Shown here: positions 9,349-22,289 of the stretch, piece by piece
Position numbering within the stretch: position 1 is the stretch's first letter
Layout of the letters: every line of letters starts with the position of its first letter
DNA from: Calditrichia bacterium
GTDB lineage: Bacteria; Calditrichota; Calditrichia; JAJRVZ01
Reading direction: 5' to 3'
Assembly: GCA_963796965.1 (NCBI GenBank)
Contig: CAWCNS010000005.1
Span: 896,001-960,000, forward strand
Length of the DNA: 64,000 nt
Translations under genes and position numbers: made by a program
The notes under the pieces: generated by a model
The model's input: the letters and a program-made list of their open reading frames with translations, nothing else
The model's database searches: none
What the model was told of the DNA's origin: nothing

Positions 9349-10989
9349 ATGAGGTGGATCTCAATTGCCCTAATTTTACTATTTCTCAACCTCTCTTGTG
9401 TGGAAAACGGTACTGTTAATCAGGATTATTCTGCAGATGTAATTATTTATGGTGGTACTTCTGCGGCTATTATTGCCGCTGTTCAGGTTGCCAGGATGAA
9501 TAAATCGGTCATTGTCGTCTCACCTGATGAACATCTTGGTGGGCTATCATCGGGAGGTTTAGGATGGACCGATACCGGAAATAAAGAAGTAATTGGTGGA
9601 CTTGCCCGAGAGTTTTATCATCGTGTATGGCGCCACTATCAAACACCGAAGGCCTGGACGTGGCAAGAACGAGCTGCATACGGTAACGCCGGTCAGGGTA
9701 CCCCTGCCATAGACGGTGACAGGCGCACCATGTGGATATTTGAACCCCATGTGGCTGAACAGGTCTTTGAAGACTTTATAAAAGAACATAATATTACAAT
9801 TTATCGCGATGAATGGCTTAACCGGGATAAGCCTATAGAAAAGCATAATGGGAATATACAATTCTTCACGACACTAAGTGGCAAAGTTTTCTTGGGGAAA
9901 GCCTTTATTGATGCCACCTATGAGGGTGATCTGATGGCATCAGCGGGTGTTAGTTATCATGTGGGCAGGGAAGCAAATAATGTGTATCAAGAAAACTGGA
10001 ACGGGGTACAAGCAAACGTTTTCCATCATGGACATTATTTCAAAAGTCAAATTGATCCCTACATCATACCGGGCGATCCTTCAAGTGGATTGTTACCAAA
10101 AATTTCGAGCGATCCCCCAGGTGAAATAGGATCAGGGGATAACCGGGTACAAGCCTATTGTTTCCGCATGTGTCTGACTGATGCTGCCGAAAACCGCGTA
10201 CCCTTCCAAAAACCTCCTAATTATAATCCAAATAATTATGAATTATTACTCCGCGTGTTTGATACCGGCCGACGTGATTATTTTGAAAAATTTGACCCCA
10301 TTCCAAACCATAAAACCGATACCAACAATCATGGACCATTCAGTACCGACAATATCGGGATGAATTATGATTATCCAGAAGCTTCCTATGAACGTCGGGC
10401 TGAAATAATTCAGGAACACGAAAACTATCAAAAGGGTCTGATGTATTTCATCGCCAGTGATCCCAAAATACCAAAAGACATTCAAGATAAAATGAAGAAT
10501 TTTGGTCTTGCCAAGGATGAGTTTGTTGATAATGGGAATTGGCCACATCAGCTCTACATCCGCGAAGCACGACGGATGATTGGGGAGTATGTGATGACCG
10601 AACATGAGGCTTTAGGCAAACGTTCTGTACCCAAATCAATTGGAATGGGTTCCTATACCATGGATTCCCATAACACCCAACGCTATGTCACGTCAGATGG
10701 ATTTGTACAGAATGAGGGCGATATCGGTGTACATCCAGAACATCCTTACCGTATTTCCTATGGATCTCTTACACCTAAAAGAAGTGAATGTAAGAATCTC
10801 TTAGTACCGGTTTGTATTTCCAGTTCCCATATTGCCTTTGGATCAATTAGAATGGAGCCAGTTTTTATGATCCTGGGACAAAGTGCCGCAACCGCCGCCG
10901 TTCTGGCCATAGATGCAAAATGTCCTGTGCAGGATATTGATTATCGGGAATTGAAAAAAACTTTATTAAATGATGATCAAGTATTATAA
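9349..10989 (+). CDS. Secreted or lipoprotein FAD-dependent oxidoreductase
   Basis: DVIIYGGTSA FAD-binding motif, FIDATYEGDL, YIREARRM and SSHIAFGSIRMEP. Signal peptide ends in LSC. Confidence 0.82.
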   Translation: MRWISIALILLFLNLSCVENGTVNQDYSADVIIYGGTSAAIIAAVQVARMNKSVIVVSPDEHLGGLSSGGLGWTDTGNKEVIGGLAREFYHRVWRHYQTPKAWTWQERAAYGNAGQGTPAIDGDRRTMWIFEPHVAEQVFEDFIKEHNITIYRDEWLNRDKPIEKHNGNIQFFTTLSGKVFLGKAFIDATYEGDLMASAGVSYHVGREANNVYQENWNGVQANVFHHGHYFKSQIDPYIIPGDPSSGLLPKISSDPPGEIGSGDNRVQAYCFRMCLTDAAENRVPFQKPPNYNPNNYELLLRVFDTGRRDYFEKFDPIPNHKTDTNNHGPFSTDNIGMNYDYPEASYERRAEIIQEHENYQKGLMYFIASDPKIPKDIQDKMKNFGLAKDEFVDNGNWPHQLYIREARRMIGEYVMTEHEALGKRSVPKSIGMGSYTMDSHNTQRYVTSDGFVQNEGDIGVHPEHPYRISYGSLTPKRSECKNLLVPVCISSSHIAFGSIRMEPVFMILGQSAATAAVLAIDAKCPVQDIDYRELKKTLLNDDQVL

Positions 10990-11061
10990 GTTTAATTGAA
11001 TTGTTTTAAATACTTATTCACAAAATTATAATTATTATTCATTATATTTCAATCTATATTT

Positions 11062-11141
11062 GTCATTCTCCCGAATGTAATTCGGGATTTCGGAATCTTG
11101 CAACTACATAGGTTTAGATCCTGAATCAAGTTCAGGATGAC
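11062..11141. repeat. GTCA-type palindromic intergenic element
   Basis: GTCATTCTCCCGAATGTAATTCGGGA...GATCCTGAATCAAGTTCAGGATGAC, related to 15719-15945. Confidence 0.65.
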
Positions 11142-11277
11142 TTTCACAGTTCCGTTTACATGCTTATAATAGTTAATTAATATAAATTTTAAGTGTAGAC
11201 ACAAAGCCAAGACATAACATTTTACTTGTATTAACAACTTCACTATTCTACCATAAAAATATTTGAAGGAAAAATAT

Positions 11278-12663
11278 ATGAAAATGATAGCGATCTGCGT
11301 TAAATCCGGATTAGTCTTGCTCATTGGTATGTTTTTTTTGCAATGTTCGGAAAAGCCCCTGGAGCAAAAACCGAATATCGTCTTAATTCTTGCAGATGAT
11401 TTGGGCTGGAATCAAATTGGCTGTTATGGGAGTGATTTTTATGAAACGCCTAACATTGATAAATTGGCTACAACGGGAATGCGATTTACCGATGCTTATG
11501 CTGCAGCTCCGGTCTGCTCGCCCACACGTGCGAGTATTATGACCGGTAAATACCCGGCCAGATTACATCTGACAGATTATATCAGAGGTACCCGTCAGCC
11601 AGAGAACAGTGTATTAGTACTTCCGGATTGGACCCCCTATCTGAAACTTGAAGAGACCACAATCGCAGAGGCATTAAAGGAGGAGGGGTATATGACGGCC
11701 TCGTTTGGTAAATGGCATCTAAGCAAAGAGAAACTGCCTCCCAAATCTCAGTCCCACAATCCGGATAAACAGGGATTCGATGAGTCCTTCGTTACTTTTA
11801 AACCAGAAAAAGGATTAGCCCAACCCTGGCAAACGCCAGAAAATGATGGCCACAACGTGCAAATTATAACAGAGAAGTCTCTAAATTTCATTGAAAAACA
11901 TAAAGACAAACCCTTCTTTCTCTACATAAGCCATAACACCATCCATAGGCCATTAATGGAAAAAGAGTCCTTAATAAATAAATATAAAACAAAAAGTAAT
12001 TCTGATTTACCAGAGAACAATTCTACAATTGCTGCCATGATCGAGACCTTAGATCTTAATGTAGGCAAAATCATAGATAAACTGGAAGAATTAGAACTGA
12101 CTGAAAATACGCTTGTTATCTTTTTTTCTGATAACGGTGGTTTAGAAAATATGGCCGACCAGACACCCCTGCGTGCCGGGAAAGGTGCAATTTATGAAGG
12201 AGGGATCAGAGAACCTTTGATTGCCAAATGGCCGGGTCGTATTCCTGCCGGATCTATTGACAATACGCCGGTTAGCAGTGTGGACTTTTTCCCAACTCTT
12301 TTAAGCATAGCAAAAAGTGAAAAGAAATATAGGGATATTGATGGGACGAGTCTTCTTCCCTTACTTACTAAAAGTGGTAAATTGGATAGGGAAGCGATAT
12401 TTTTTCACTACCCACATTATCATAAAAATGGCGTTGCACCATCTGGGGCGATCCGCATGGGTGACTATAAATTAATTGAGTGGTTTGAAAAAAGCGTCAG
12501 CGGTGCTGATGGGGAAGGTGCTCTGCAATTATTTAATCTGAGAAACGATATAGGTGAACAAAATAATCTGGTAAATGAAAAAAAAGAGCTGACTTTGGAA
12601 TTATACCATAAACTCAAAGCATGGCGGCAAAAAGTTGGCGCTCAAGACATGCCACGAAGATAA
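11278..12663 (+). CDS. Sulfatase (S1 family, Cys-type)
   Basis: KPNIVLILADDLG, CSPTRASIMTG (CxPxR), GKWHL, SDNGG and YEGGIREP motifs. Confidence 0.93.
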   Translation: MKMIAICVKSGLVLLIGMFFLQCSEKPLEQKPNIVLILADDLGWNQIGCYGSDFYETPNIDKLATTGMRFTDAYAAAPVCSPTRASIMTGKYPARLHLTDYIRGTRQPENSVLVLPDWTPYLKLEETTIAEALKEEGYMTASFGKWHLSKEKLPPKSQSHNPDKQGFDESFVTFKPEKGLAQPWQTPENDGHNVQIITEKSLNFIEKHKDKPFFLYISHNTIHRPLMEKESLINKYKTKSNSDLPENNSTIAAMIETLDLNVGKIIDKLEELELTENTLVIFFSDNGGLENMADQTPLRAGKGAIYEGGIREPLIAKWPGRIPAGSIDNTPVSSVDFFPTLLSIAKSEKKYRDIDGTSLLPLLTKSGKLDREAIFFHYPHYHKNGVAPSGAIRMGDYKLIEWFEKSVSGADGEGALQLFNLRNDIGEQNNLVNEKKELTLELYHKLKAWRQKVGAQDMPRR

Positions 12664-12694
12664 TAAGCAATTGAAAAATATGGAGGCAAGATAA

Positions 12695-14119
12695 ATGCGA
12701 ATAAATAATTTAATACGAAATCTATTCCCTGTACTTTTTGTATTGGTTATAGGTTGTCAAAACTCACCGCCAGATATTTTTTTAGGGATGGGTTTGAAAA
12801 CCGGTGAAATAGCTGAGACATCAGCAATCGTTCATGTACGCCTTACAGAAATTCCTGCCCAGAATGAAGAGAAGTTGGTTCCGGGTAAAGAGGGACAAGC
12901 AAGATTAATTGTAAGTTCATCCAAGGATCTTAAGAATGCAACCATAACAGGGTGGTTGAATGCGCAGGCTGAGGATGATTATTCAATGCAGTTTAAATTA
13001 GAGGATTTAGTGGCGGGAACCAGATATTATCTTGGTGTTGAAATGCGCGTAGATGAGAATTCCGGGATTCATTCAACACAAGATTTTTCTTTCAAGACTG
13101 CGCCTCCAGCGGACAAAAAAGCAACTGTCAAATTCCAGATTACAACCGGGCAGGATGTTCTTGGCATAGATACCTATTATAAAATGGCTGCACAGAAGCC
13201 GGATTTCCTCATTTCCACAGGTGATAATGTTTATTATGACAAAGAATGTGATGGCAGAACAGTGGATTTGGCCTATCAATGTTATCAAATTATGTATGGA
13301 TCAAAACCCATCGTTGATTATTTCCGTCATATCGGAGGCTATTTTGAGAAGGATGATCATGACTACCGGTTCAATGATGCGGATACGTTGATGCGCGGAA
13401 AGTGGGTACGTCAAAGTCTTATTAGTCCGGGCTTATCCAGAATCACCAAAGAAAAAGAAGATCGTTTTTTTGATGAAGCCTGGCTTTCACATGAAGATGG
13501 TATCAGGGTATTTAAAAAAGTATTTCCGATGAGTGAAAAAACGTACCGCACTTTTCGTTGGGGAAAGGGGATTCAGATCTGGCTGGTTGAAGGAAGAGAT
13601 TTCCGTTCACCAAATAATATGCCGGATGGTCCGGAAAAATCCATCTGGGGAAAAGAACAGAAAGCCTGGTTAAAATCATCACTACTCAAGAGTGATGCAG
13701 AATATAAAGTCATTATATCGCCCACACCGATTATTGGCCCTGACCGTCAGAGTAAAACCGATAACCACGCCAATAGAAATGGATTTTGGACTGAGGGCCG
13801 TCAGTTTTTAAACTGGATCAAAGAGAAGAAGATGGATAATGTTATACTGGCCTGTGGTGACCGGCATTGGCAGTATCATTCTGTCCACTCCGGATTCACC
13901 CATGAATTTAGTTGTGGTCCAACCTGTGATGAACATTCTGTCAAAGATAAACCTGGCCAGCATCCACCTTCTCCATCTGAATTTGAAAAAATTGAACAAC
14001 CCTATGTAAATTTATGCGGCGGATTTCTGACAGTACTCTACCAACCGGACCAGGGTATATTTCTAAACTTCTATGACATTGATGGTAAGGAATTATACTC
14101 TTACAAGTATACCAACTGA
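12695..14119 (+). CDS. Alkaline phosphatase D (PhoD) family metallophosphatase, lipoprotein
   Basis: TGDNVYYD, KDDHDY, EGRDFRS and CGDRHWQY motifs. Signal peptide ends in IGC. Confidence 0.85.
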   Translation: MRINNLIRNLFPVLFVLVIGCQNSPPDIFLGMGLKTGEIAETSAIVHVRLTEIPAQNEEKLVPGKEGQARLIVSSSKDLKNATITGWLNAQAEDDYSMQFKLEDLVAGTRYYLGVEMRVDENSGIHSTQDFSFKTAPPADKKATVKFQITTGQDVLGIDTYYKMAAQKPDFLISTGDNVYYDKECDGRTVDLAYQCYQIMYGSKPIVDYFRHIGGYFEKDDHDYRFNDADTLMRGKWVRQSLISPGLSRITKEKEDRFFDEAWLSHEDGIRVFKKVFPMSEKTYRTFRWGKGIQIWLVEGRDFRSPNNMPDGPEKSIWGKEQKAWLKSSLLKSDAEYKVIISPTPIIGPDRQSKTDNHANRNGFWTEGRQFLNWIKEKKMDNVILACGDRHWQYHSVHSGFTHEFSCGPTCDEHSVKDKPGQHPPSPSEFEKIEQPYVNLCGGFLTVLYQPDQGIFLNFYDIDGKELYSYKYTN

Positions 14120-14263
14120 CTGATACGAAGGTAAATAGTATGAACCGGGTGAAGAATATCTGTTTTCAATTTAAATTTATCTGATACTTTTAGAGAATCT
14201 GATTTATAATTCAATTCTCTTGGAATTTTATAAAAGGAGTCAGCTGATATGGCCATTAATCCT

Positions 14264-15673
14264 ATGAAAAAAAATGTTTTTCTTTTTGTCTTAATACTAT
14301 TAACACAATCTATCTTCATCACTCAAAGCTGCCAGGGAAGCGACACATCAAAACCAAAACCGAATATTATAATAATTTTTTGCGACGATCTCGGTTACGG
14401 TGACCTGGGTGTATTTGGCCACCCTACGATCAAGACACCGAATTTGGATCAAATGGCGAATGAGGGTCAGAAATGGACCAATTTTTATGCGGCTGCAAGT
14501 GTTTGCACACCCAGTAGAGCTGGTTTAATGACAGGCCGGTTACCGGTACGAAATGGCATGATGAGTAATAAGCGAAGAGTGTTGTTTCCGGATTCGAATG
14601 GCGGGCTACCAGATGCAGAGATAACCATCGCTGAAATCCTAAAAAAACAGAATTATGCAACAGCCTGTGTTGGTAAATGGCACCTCGGCCATTTACCGCC
14701 CTACTTACCCACTAAACATGGTTTTGACTATTATTACGGAATTCCTTACAGCAATGATATGGATCAAACCATGAAAATTGAATGGGAGAATTGGTTAAAT
14801 CCCAAGCCCGAATATTATAATGTCCCACTTCTACGGAATTCAGATATCATCGAACGCCCGGTTGATCAAACAACCATATCAAAAAGGTATACTGAAGAAA
14901 CAATCGCACTCATAAAAAAAAATAAATCGGCCCCATTTTTTATCTATCTGGCCCATAGCATGCCTCATATACCCCTGTTCGCTTCAGAGCAATTTATCGG
15001 ATCCAGTTTAAGGGGATTATACGGTGATGTGATTGAAGAAATTGACTGGAGTGTGGGAGAAATTCTTCAGACTCTGCGCGATGAGAATCTTGATTCCAGT
15101 ACATTAGTTATCTTTACCTCGGACAATGGCCCCTGGCTGAGTTTTAAGGAGATGGGTGGTTCAGCCGGATTACTCAAAGAAGGAAAAGGAATGACCTGGG
15201 AGGGTGGCATGCGTGAGCCGACTATTTTTTGGTGGCCCGGTCAGATTAAACCGGCAGTCATTTCCGGAATGGGTTCCACCCTTGACTTACTTCCCACAAT
15301 TGCTTCCATATCCGGATCAGAGGCACCAAAAGATAGAATTATTGATGGATATGATTTAATGTCTGTACTGAAGGAATCCGGAAGCAGTCCAAGAAATACA
15401 ATGTTTTATTATCGGGGAAGTGAACTATATGCCGTACGTCTGGGTGCATATAAAGCACATTATATTACTGAATTATCCTATCACAAGGATAATCAGCGAA
15501 CACTGCACGATCCTCCCCTCCTGTACAATTTAGAACATGATCCCTCTGAAAAATATAATATCGCAACAGATCATCCGGATGTTATTGATCAAATTCAAAA
15601 AGTTATAAGTGAGCATAAATTAAAGATGGTCATGGGGAAGGATCAACTTGCCGGAAGGATAGAGAAAAATTAG
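14264..15673 (+). CDS. Arylsulfatase A-like sulfatase (S1, Cys-type)
   Basis: CDDLGYGD, CTPSRAGLMTGR, GKWHLG, GIPYSNDM, SDNGPW and WEGGMREP motifs. Confidence 0.93.
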   Translation: MKKNVFLFVLILLTQSIFITQSCQGSDTSKPKPNIIIIFCDDLGYGDLGVFGHPTIKTPNLDQMANEGQKWTNFYAAASVCTPSRAGLMTGRLPVRNGMMSNKRRVLFPDSNGGLPDAEITIAEILKKQNYATACVGKWHLGHLPPYLPTKHGFDYYYGIPYSNDMDQTMKIEWENWLNPKPEYYNVPLLRNSDIIERPVDQTTISKRYTEETIALIKKNKSAPFFIYLAHSMPHIPLFASEQFIGSSLRGLYGDVIEEIDWSVGEILQTLRDENLDSSTLVIFTSDNGPWLSFKEMGGSAGLLKEGKGMTWEGGMREPTIFWWPGQIKPAVISGMGSTLDLLPTIASISGSEAPKDRIIDGYDLMSVLKESGSSPRNTMFYYRGSELYAVRLGAYKAHYITELSYHKDNQRTLHDPPLLYNLEHDPSEKYNIATDHPDVIDQIQKVISEHKLKMVMGKDQLAGRIEKN

Positions 15674-15718
15674 ATCTACATAGAAATATCATAAAAATCT
15701 CCAATTACGAACATATAA

Positions 15719-15945
15719 GTCATCCTGAACTTGTTTCAGGATCTCACGAGGATAGAAAAGGAATGACGTCAGAAAATATTTGTTATGTGATTTATTGTTT
15801 TTAGATTATTACTACATGCTATCTTTATTAAAATTAGATTTATTTTTCTTTTATTATTTAAAAGAACAAAATGTGCAATGAATAAACATTTTCATTATGA
15901 ATCGTAAAGCATATTAAATAGATCCTGAAATAAATTCAGGATGAC
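15719..15945. repeat. Inverted pair of GTCATCCTGAA..TTCAGGAT palindromes enclosing an AT-rich spacer
   Basis: GTCATCCTGAACTTGTTTCAGGATCT at the left end and GATCCTGAAATAAATTCAGGATGAC at the right end. Confidence 0.75.
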
Positions 15946-16011
15946 TCAGACTTCAATAGTAGCACAAATTAAGACTTTTTAATTTTATAAATAACTAAGG
16001 TAGAATTTCAT

Positions 16012-17187
16012 ATGGAAAAATCGTTAGATAAAAAATTAGAGCGTATTAAATCCGATCCATCCTGCAAGGATTTCATTTTGGCCGATGCAAAAGATGCTGA
16101 TATGGCTTATGGTATCGCTGCTCCCGGACAAAGTCCGGAATATCATGCCATTGAAGGAAAATTTCGCTCACTTGCTGAATATCGCGAATTGATTCGTGAG
16201 GTAATTAAACAGGAAAAAGTGGATATCGTCTTAATGTCCGCCAGTACAAATGAAATAATAAATATTGAAGAACGATTGTTTGACGGGAGTCCGGTAACAC
16301 CGGCTGCCAGAGCAAATGATACCACTGATGTGCATGTCATTACCGGATCACAATATGTAAACCAACCGTCCATACCCTTCAGCAGTGCAACAATCGATCA
16401 GATTCAATGTGGTAAATACAAATGTGCCCCAAAGGAACGCCAAATAGGCGCAAATTTGGGTTTATATTCTGTTACCTATAATAATGACAGGGATCTGGAT
16501 ATTCAGACATTGGAAGCTTTTAAAAAATTTCGTCTGGAGGCAGAAGAGAAAGGATTCAGGTATTTTTTGGAAGTATTCAATCCTAATATGGCCAATGTGG
16601 TTGCCCCTGATAAGCTGGGTCAGTTTATCAATGATAGAATTGTCCGTGATCTTGCAGGAGTTCCCAAGGCAGGCAGACCCATTTTCCTCAAGATTGTTTA
16701 TCAGGGCCCTGCGTTTATGGAACAGTTGGCACAATATGATCCGGATCTCGTTCCCGGAATATTAGGCGGAAGTTCCGGGACCACCTATGATGCTTTTAAA
16801 ATGCTTGCCGAGGCCAAGAAATACGGGGCGAAGGTTGCTTTATATGGCCGGAAAATTAATAATTCGGAAAATCAGTTAGCCTTTATTAGTTTTTTACGTT
16901 TAATTGTTGATGATGAAATCACTCCGGAAGAAGCTGTTAAGGGATATCACACCGTTTTAGAAAAATTGGGAATTAAACCCTATCGATCATTAAAAGAAGA
17001 CATGCAATTGACCCACCCGGCCGTCTCATATGGTGGCTCTTCATCAAAGATTTCAGTCCCGCAGACATATAAAAATATTAACAGAAAAATTCAGAGCACA
17101 AATTCAGAGACGCCGGAATTTCAGAAAATGAGCTCTGAAGAAAAACTCTCTTACTTTATGTCACGTTTAAAAAACAAAGAGGAATAA
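16012..17187 (+). CDS. Uncharacterised class I aldolase-like TIM-barrel protein
   Basis: YFLEVFNP, PIFLKIVY (candidate Schiff-base Lys), GILGGS and LYGRKI, resembling the DhnA/LacD-type arrangement. Confidence 0.55.
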   Translation: MEKSLDKKLERIKSDPSCKDFILADAKDADMAYGIAAPGQSPEYHAIEGKFRSLAEYRELIREVIKQEKVDIVLMSASTNEIINIEERLFDGSPVTPAARANDTTDVHVITGSQYVNQPSIPFSSATIDQIQCGKYKCAPKERQIGANLGLYSVTYNNDRDLDIQTLEAFKKFRLEAEEKGFRYFLEVFNPNMANVVAPDKLGQFINDRIVRDLAGVPKAGRPIFLKIVYQGPAFMEQLAQYDPDLVPGILGGSSGTTYDAFKMLAEAKKYGAKVALYGRKINNSENQLAFISFLRLIVDDEITPEEAVKGYHTVLEKLGIKPYRSLKEDMQLTHPAVSYGGSSSKISVPQTYKNINRKIQSTNSETPEFQKMSSEEKLSYFMSRLKNKEE

Positions 17188-17294
17188 TTGCTTAGGATTG
17201 CTTTATCGCCGTATCTTAAATTTGTTTTTTAGTGATTTAAACCGCCCCTAATTCCTACTGCCACAACCATTAGTTTCATTAAAAGAGGATAAGA

Positions 17295-18665
17295 ATGAGA
17301 AGAAGAAAATTCATCAAAGACTCGGGTATGGGAGTTCTACTTGGCACCATGATGCCGGGTGTCACATCACTCTTAAGGCATTCCTCCGGGGTCTATGGTG
17401 CTAATGAACGGGTTAATTTAGCCTTAATGGGTTGCGGCGATCGTGGCGAATATGTGGCTCGTGGATTTATAGCAGACGGTAACACAATACAATATGTATG
17501 TGATCCCGACTCTGAACGAATGGAAAAATATGCCAATTTATTCTCCGATTTGCAGGGGAAAAAACCAAAGATGATTAAAGACATTAACGTGGCCCTCGAC
17601 GATCAAGACATTGATGCTATAATCATTGCAACACCCCATCATTGGCATGCGTTACCAACAATCCAGTCGGTTCAGGCAGGAAAAGATGTGTACCTCGAGA
17701 AACCACAATCTCATTCGATCTGGGAAGGTCGAAAGATGATCGAAGCGGCAAGTAAATATGGCCGTATTGTTCAAATCGGAGCACAAAATCGTAGCGCACC
17801 CTATATACACGCTGCCCGTGAATATATCAAAAGCGGAAAGTTAGGAGACATCCACCTCGTCAAAGTATATAATTTAAAATCTAATGCCCCATTTCATGAA
17901 CGGGGGGAACCTTTTCTCTTGGGAGATCAACAAAAACCGCCGAAAACCTTAGATTGGGATCTTTGGCTTGGTGGCGCACCCACCCGCCCCTATTATCCAA
18001 CCATTTTTAATAATAATGGTTGGGAGGCTTTTTGGGATTTTTCAGTTGGAGATATGGACGATGCCCTGCACCAGATTGATATTGCCATGTATTTGATGGG
18101 TGAGCCTGTTCCAAAAGCAGTTAGCAGTTCAGGTGGTCGTTTCCATTATAAAACAGATGATGCACAGACACCGGATATTATGGTAAATTCGATTGAATTT
18201 GATAATTTTATTATGACATTAGAGATGTCTGCCTACCCTATGTACATGCAGAAGACTACCACCACCATTCGTCGAAATGACGAATTTCCCTATTGGACAC
18301 AAAACGCTACCCGAATTGAACTATATGGATCAAAAGAGTTAATGATTTTGGGACGAATGGGTGGCGGATGGATTACAATGATTTCCGGGGGAAAAATCGT
18401 AGACAAGATGTATGGGAGATATCCTGACGATGTACATAGACAGGATTTTATCAAAAGCCTTAAATCCCGCAATCGCCCAAATGGTGACATTAAGATTGTA
18501 AATAACAGTATGAACGTGGCTCATATAAGCAATATATCCCATAGGATTGGGAATCAAAAATTATTTTATGATTCCCATGCTGAGCGATTTATAAATAATG
18601 AAGAGGCCAATCAATTACTCAGAAACACCTACAGAGACAAATATAAAATACCGGAAAGCATTTAA
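17295..18665 (+). CDS. Gfo/Idh/MocA family oxidoreductase with Tat signal
   Basis: MRRRKFIK twin-arginine leader, GCGDRG, ATPHHWH, DVYLEKP and LDWDLWLG motifs. Confidence 0.9.
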   Translation: MRRRKFIKDSGMGVLLGTMMPGVTSLLRHSSGVYGANERVNLALMGCGDRGEYVARGFIADGNTIQYVCDPDSERMEKYANLFSDLQGKKPKMIKDINVALDDQDIDAIIIATPHHWHALPTIQSVQAGKDVYLEKPQSHSIWEGRKMIEAASKYGRIVQIGAQNRSAPYIHAAREYIKSGKLGDIHLVKVYNLKSNAPFHERGEPFLLGDQQKPPKTLDWDLWLGGAPTRPYYPTIFNNNGWEAFWDFSVGDMDDALHQIDIAMYLMGEPVPKAVSSSGGRFHYKTDDAQTPDIMVNSIEFDNFIMTLEMSAYPMYMQKTTTTIRRNDEFPYWTQNATRIELYGSKELMILGRMGGGWITMISGGKIVDKMYGRYPDDVHRQDFIKSLKSRNRPNGDIKIVNNSMNVAHISNISHRIGNQKLFYDSHAERFINNEEANQLLRNTYRDKYKIPESI

Positions 18666-18687
18666 TTAATATTTTCGTCATTCGGGC

Positions 18688-18771
18688 ATCGAATATCTCG
18701 AATCACGTATCACACATCACGTATCGCCTATCACGTATCCCGAATCACATATCACATATCCCACATCTCAT
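18688..18771. repeat. Degenerate heptamer tandem repeat (ATCACRT-like) x12 between convergent genes
   Basis: atcgaat atctcga atcacgt atcacac atcacgt atcgcct atcacgt atcccga atcacat atcacat atcccac atctcat. Confidence 0.8.
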
Positions 18772-18787
18772 ATTCGGTATCTGTTAT

Positions 18788-21992
<3,205 letters not shown>

Positions 21993-22177
21993 TTATTGGT
22001 TGTTTCATGCAAATTATTTTTGCTGTCAATTTACATTGAAACAGAATTTATAGATAGATTGAAATTTTGAAGGCCCCCGCTTCCTATTTCTTCAAGGATT
22101 TAAAAATAGGATATGGTTTTGTCGATCATCCTAACCTACTTTTAAGAAATCTATTATTAGGTCTTGTCCTTGGTGCA

Positions 22178-22282
22178 ACCTAACGATTGGGGATAAATGC
22201 GCGGCGTAATATCCTACCTAATTACATAAACATTTTGAAAGAGAATGACCCATTATCCAATCGTGTGATACCCAGATTATAT
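22178..22282 (-). mobile_element. Putative integron attC site 2
   Basis: Minus strand: ATATAAT, 7 bp after the stop codon, through to GTTAGGT, with imperfect dyad symmetry of the ends. Confidence 0.5.
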
Positions 22283-22289
22283 GGCGATT

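Noticed and set aside
22120..22140. Extra GTTAGGA (minus strand) downstream of attC2 as a third attC site
   Set aside because: No matching R'' box, dyad symmetry or associated ORF was found.
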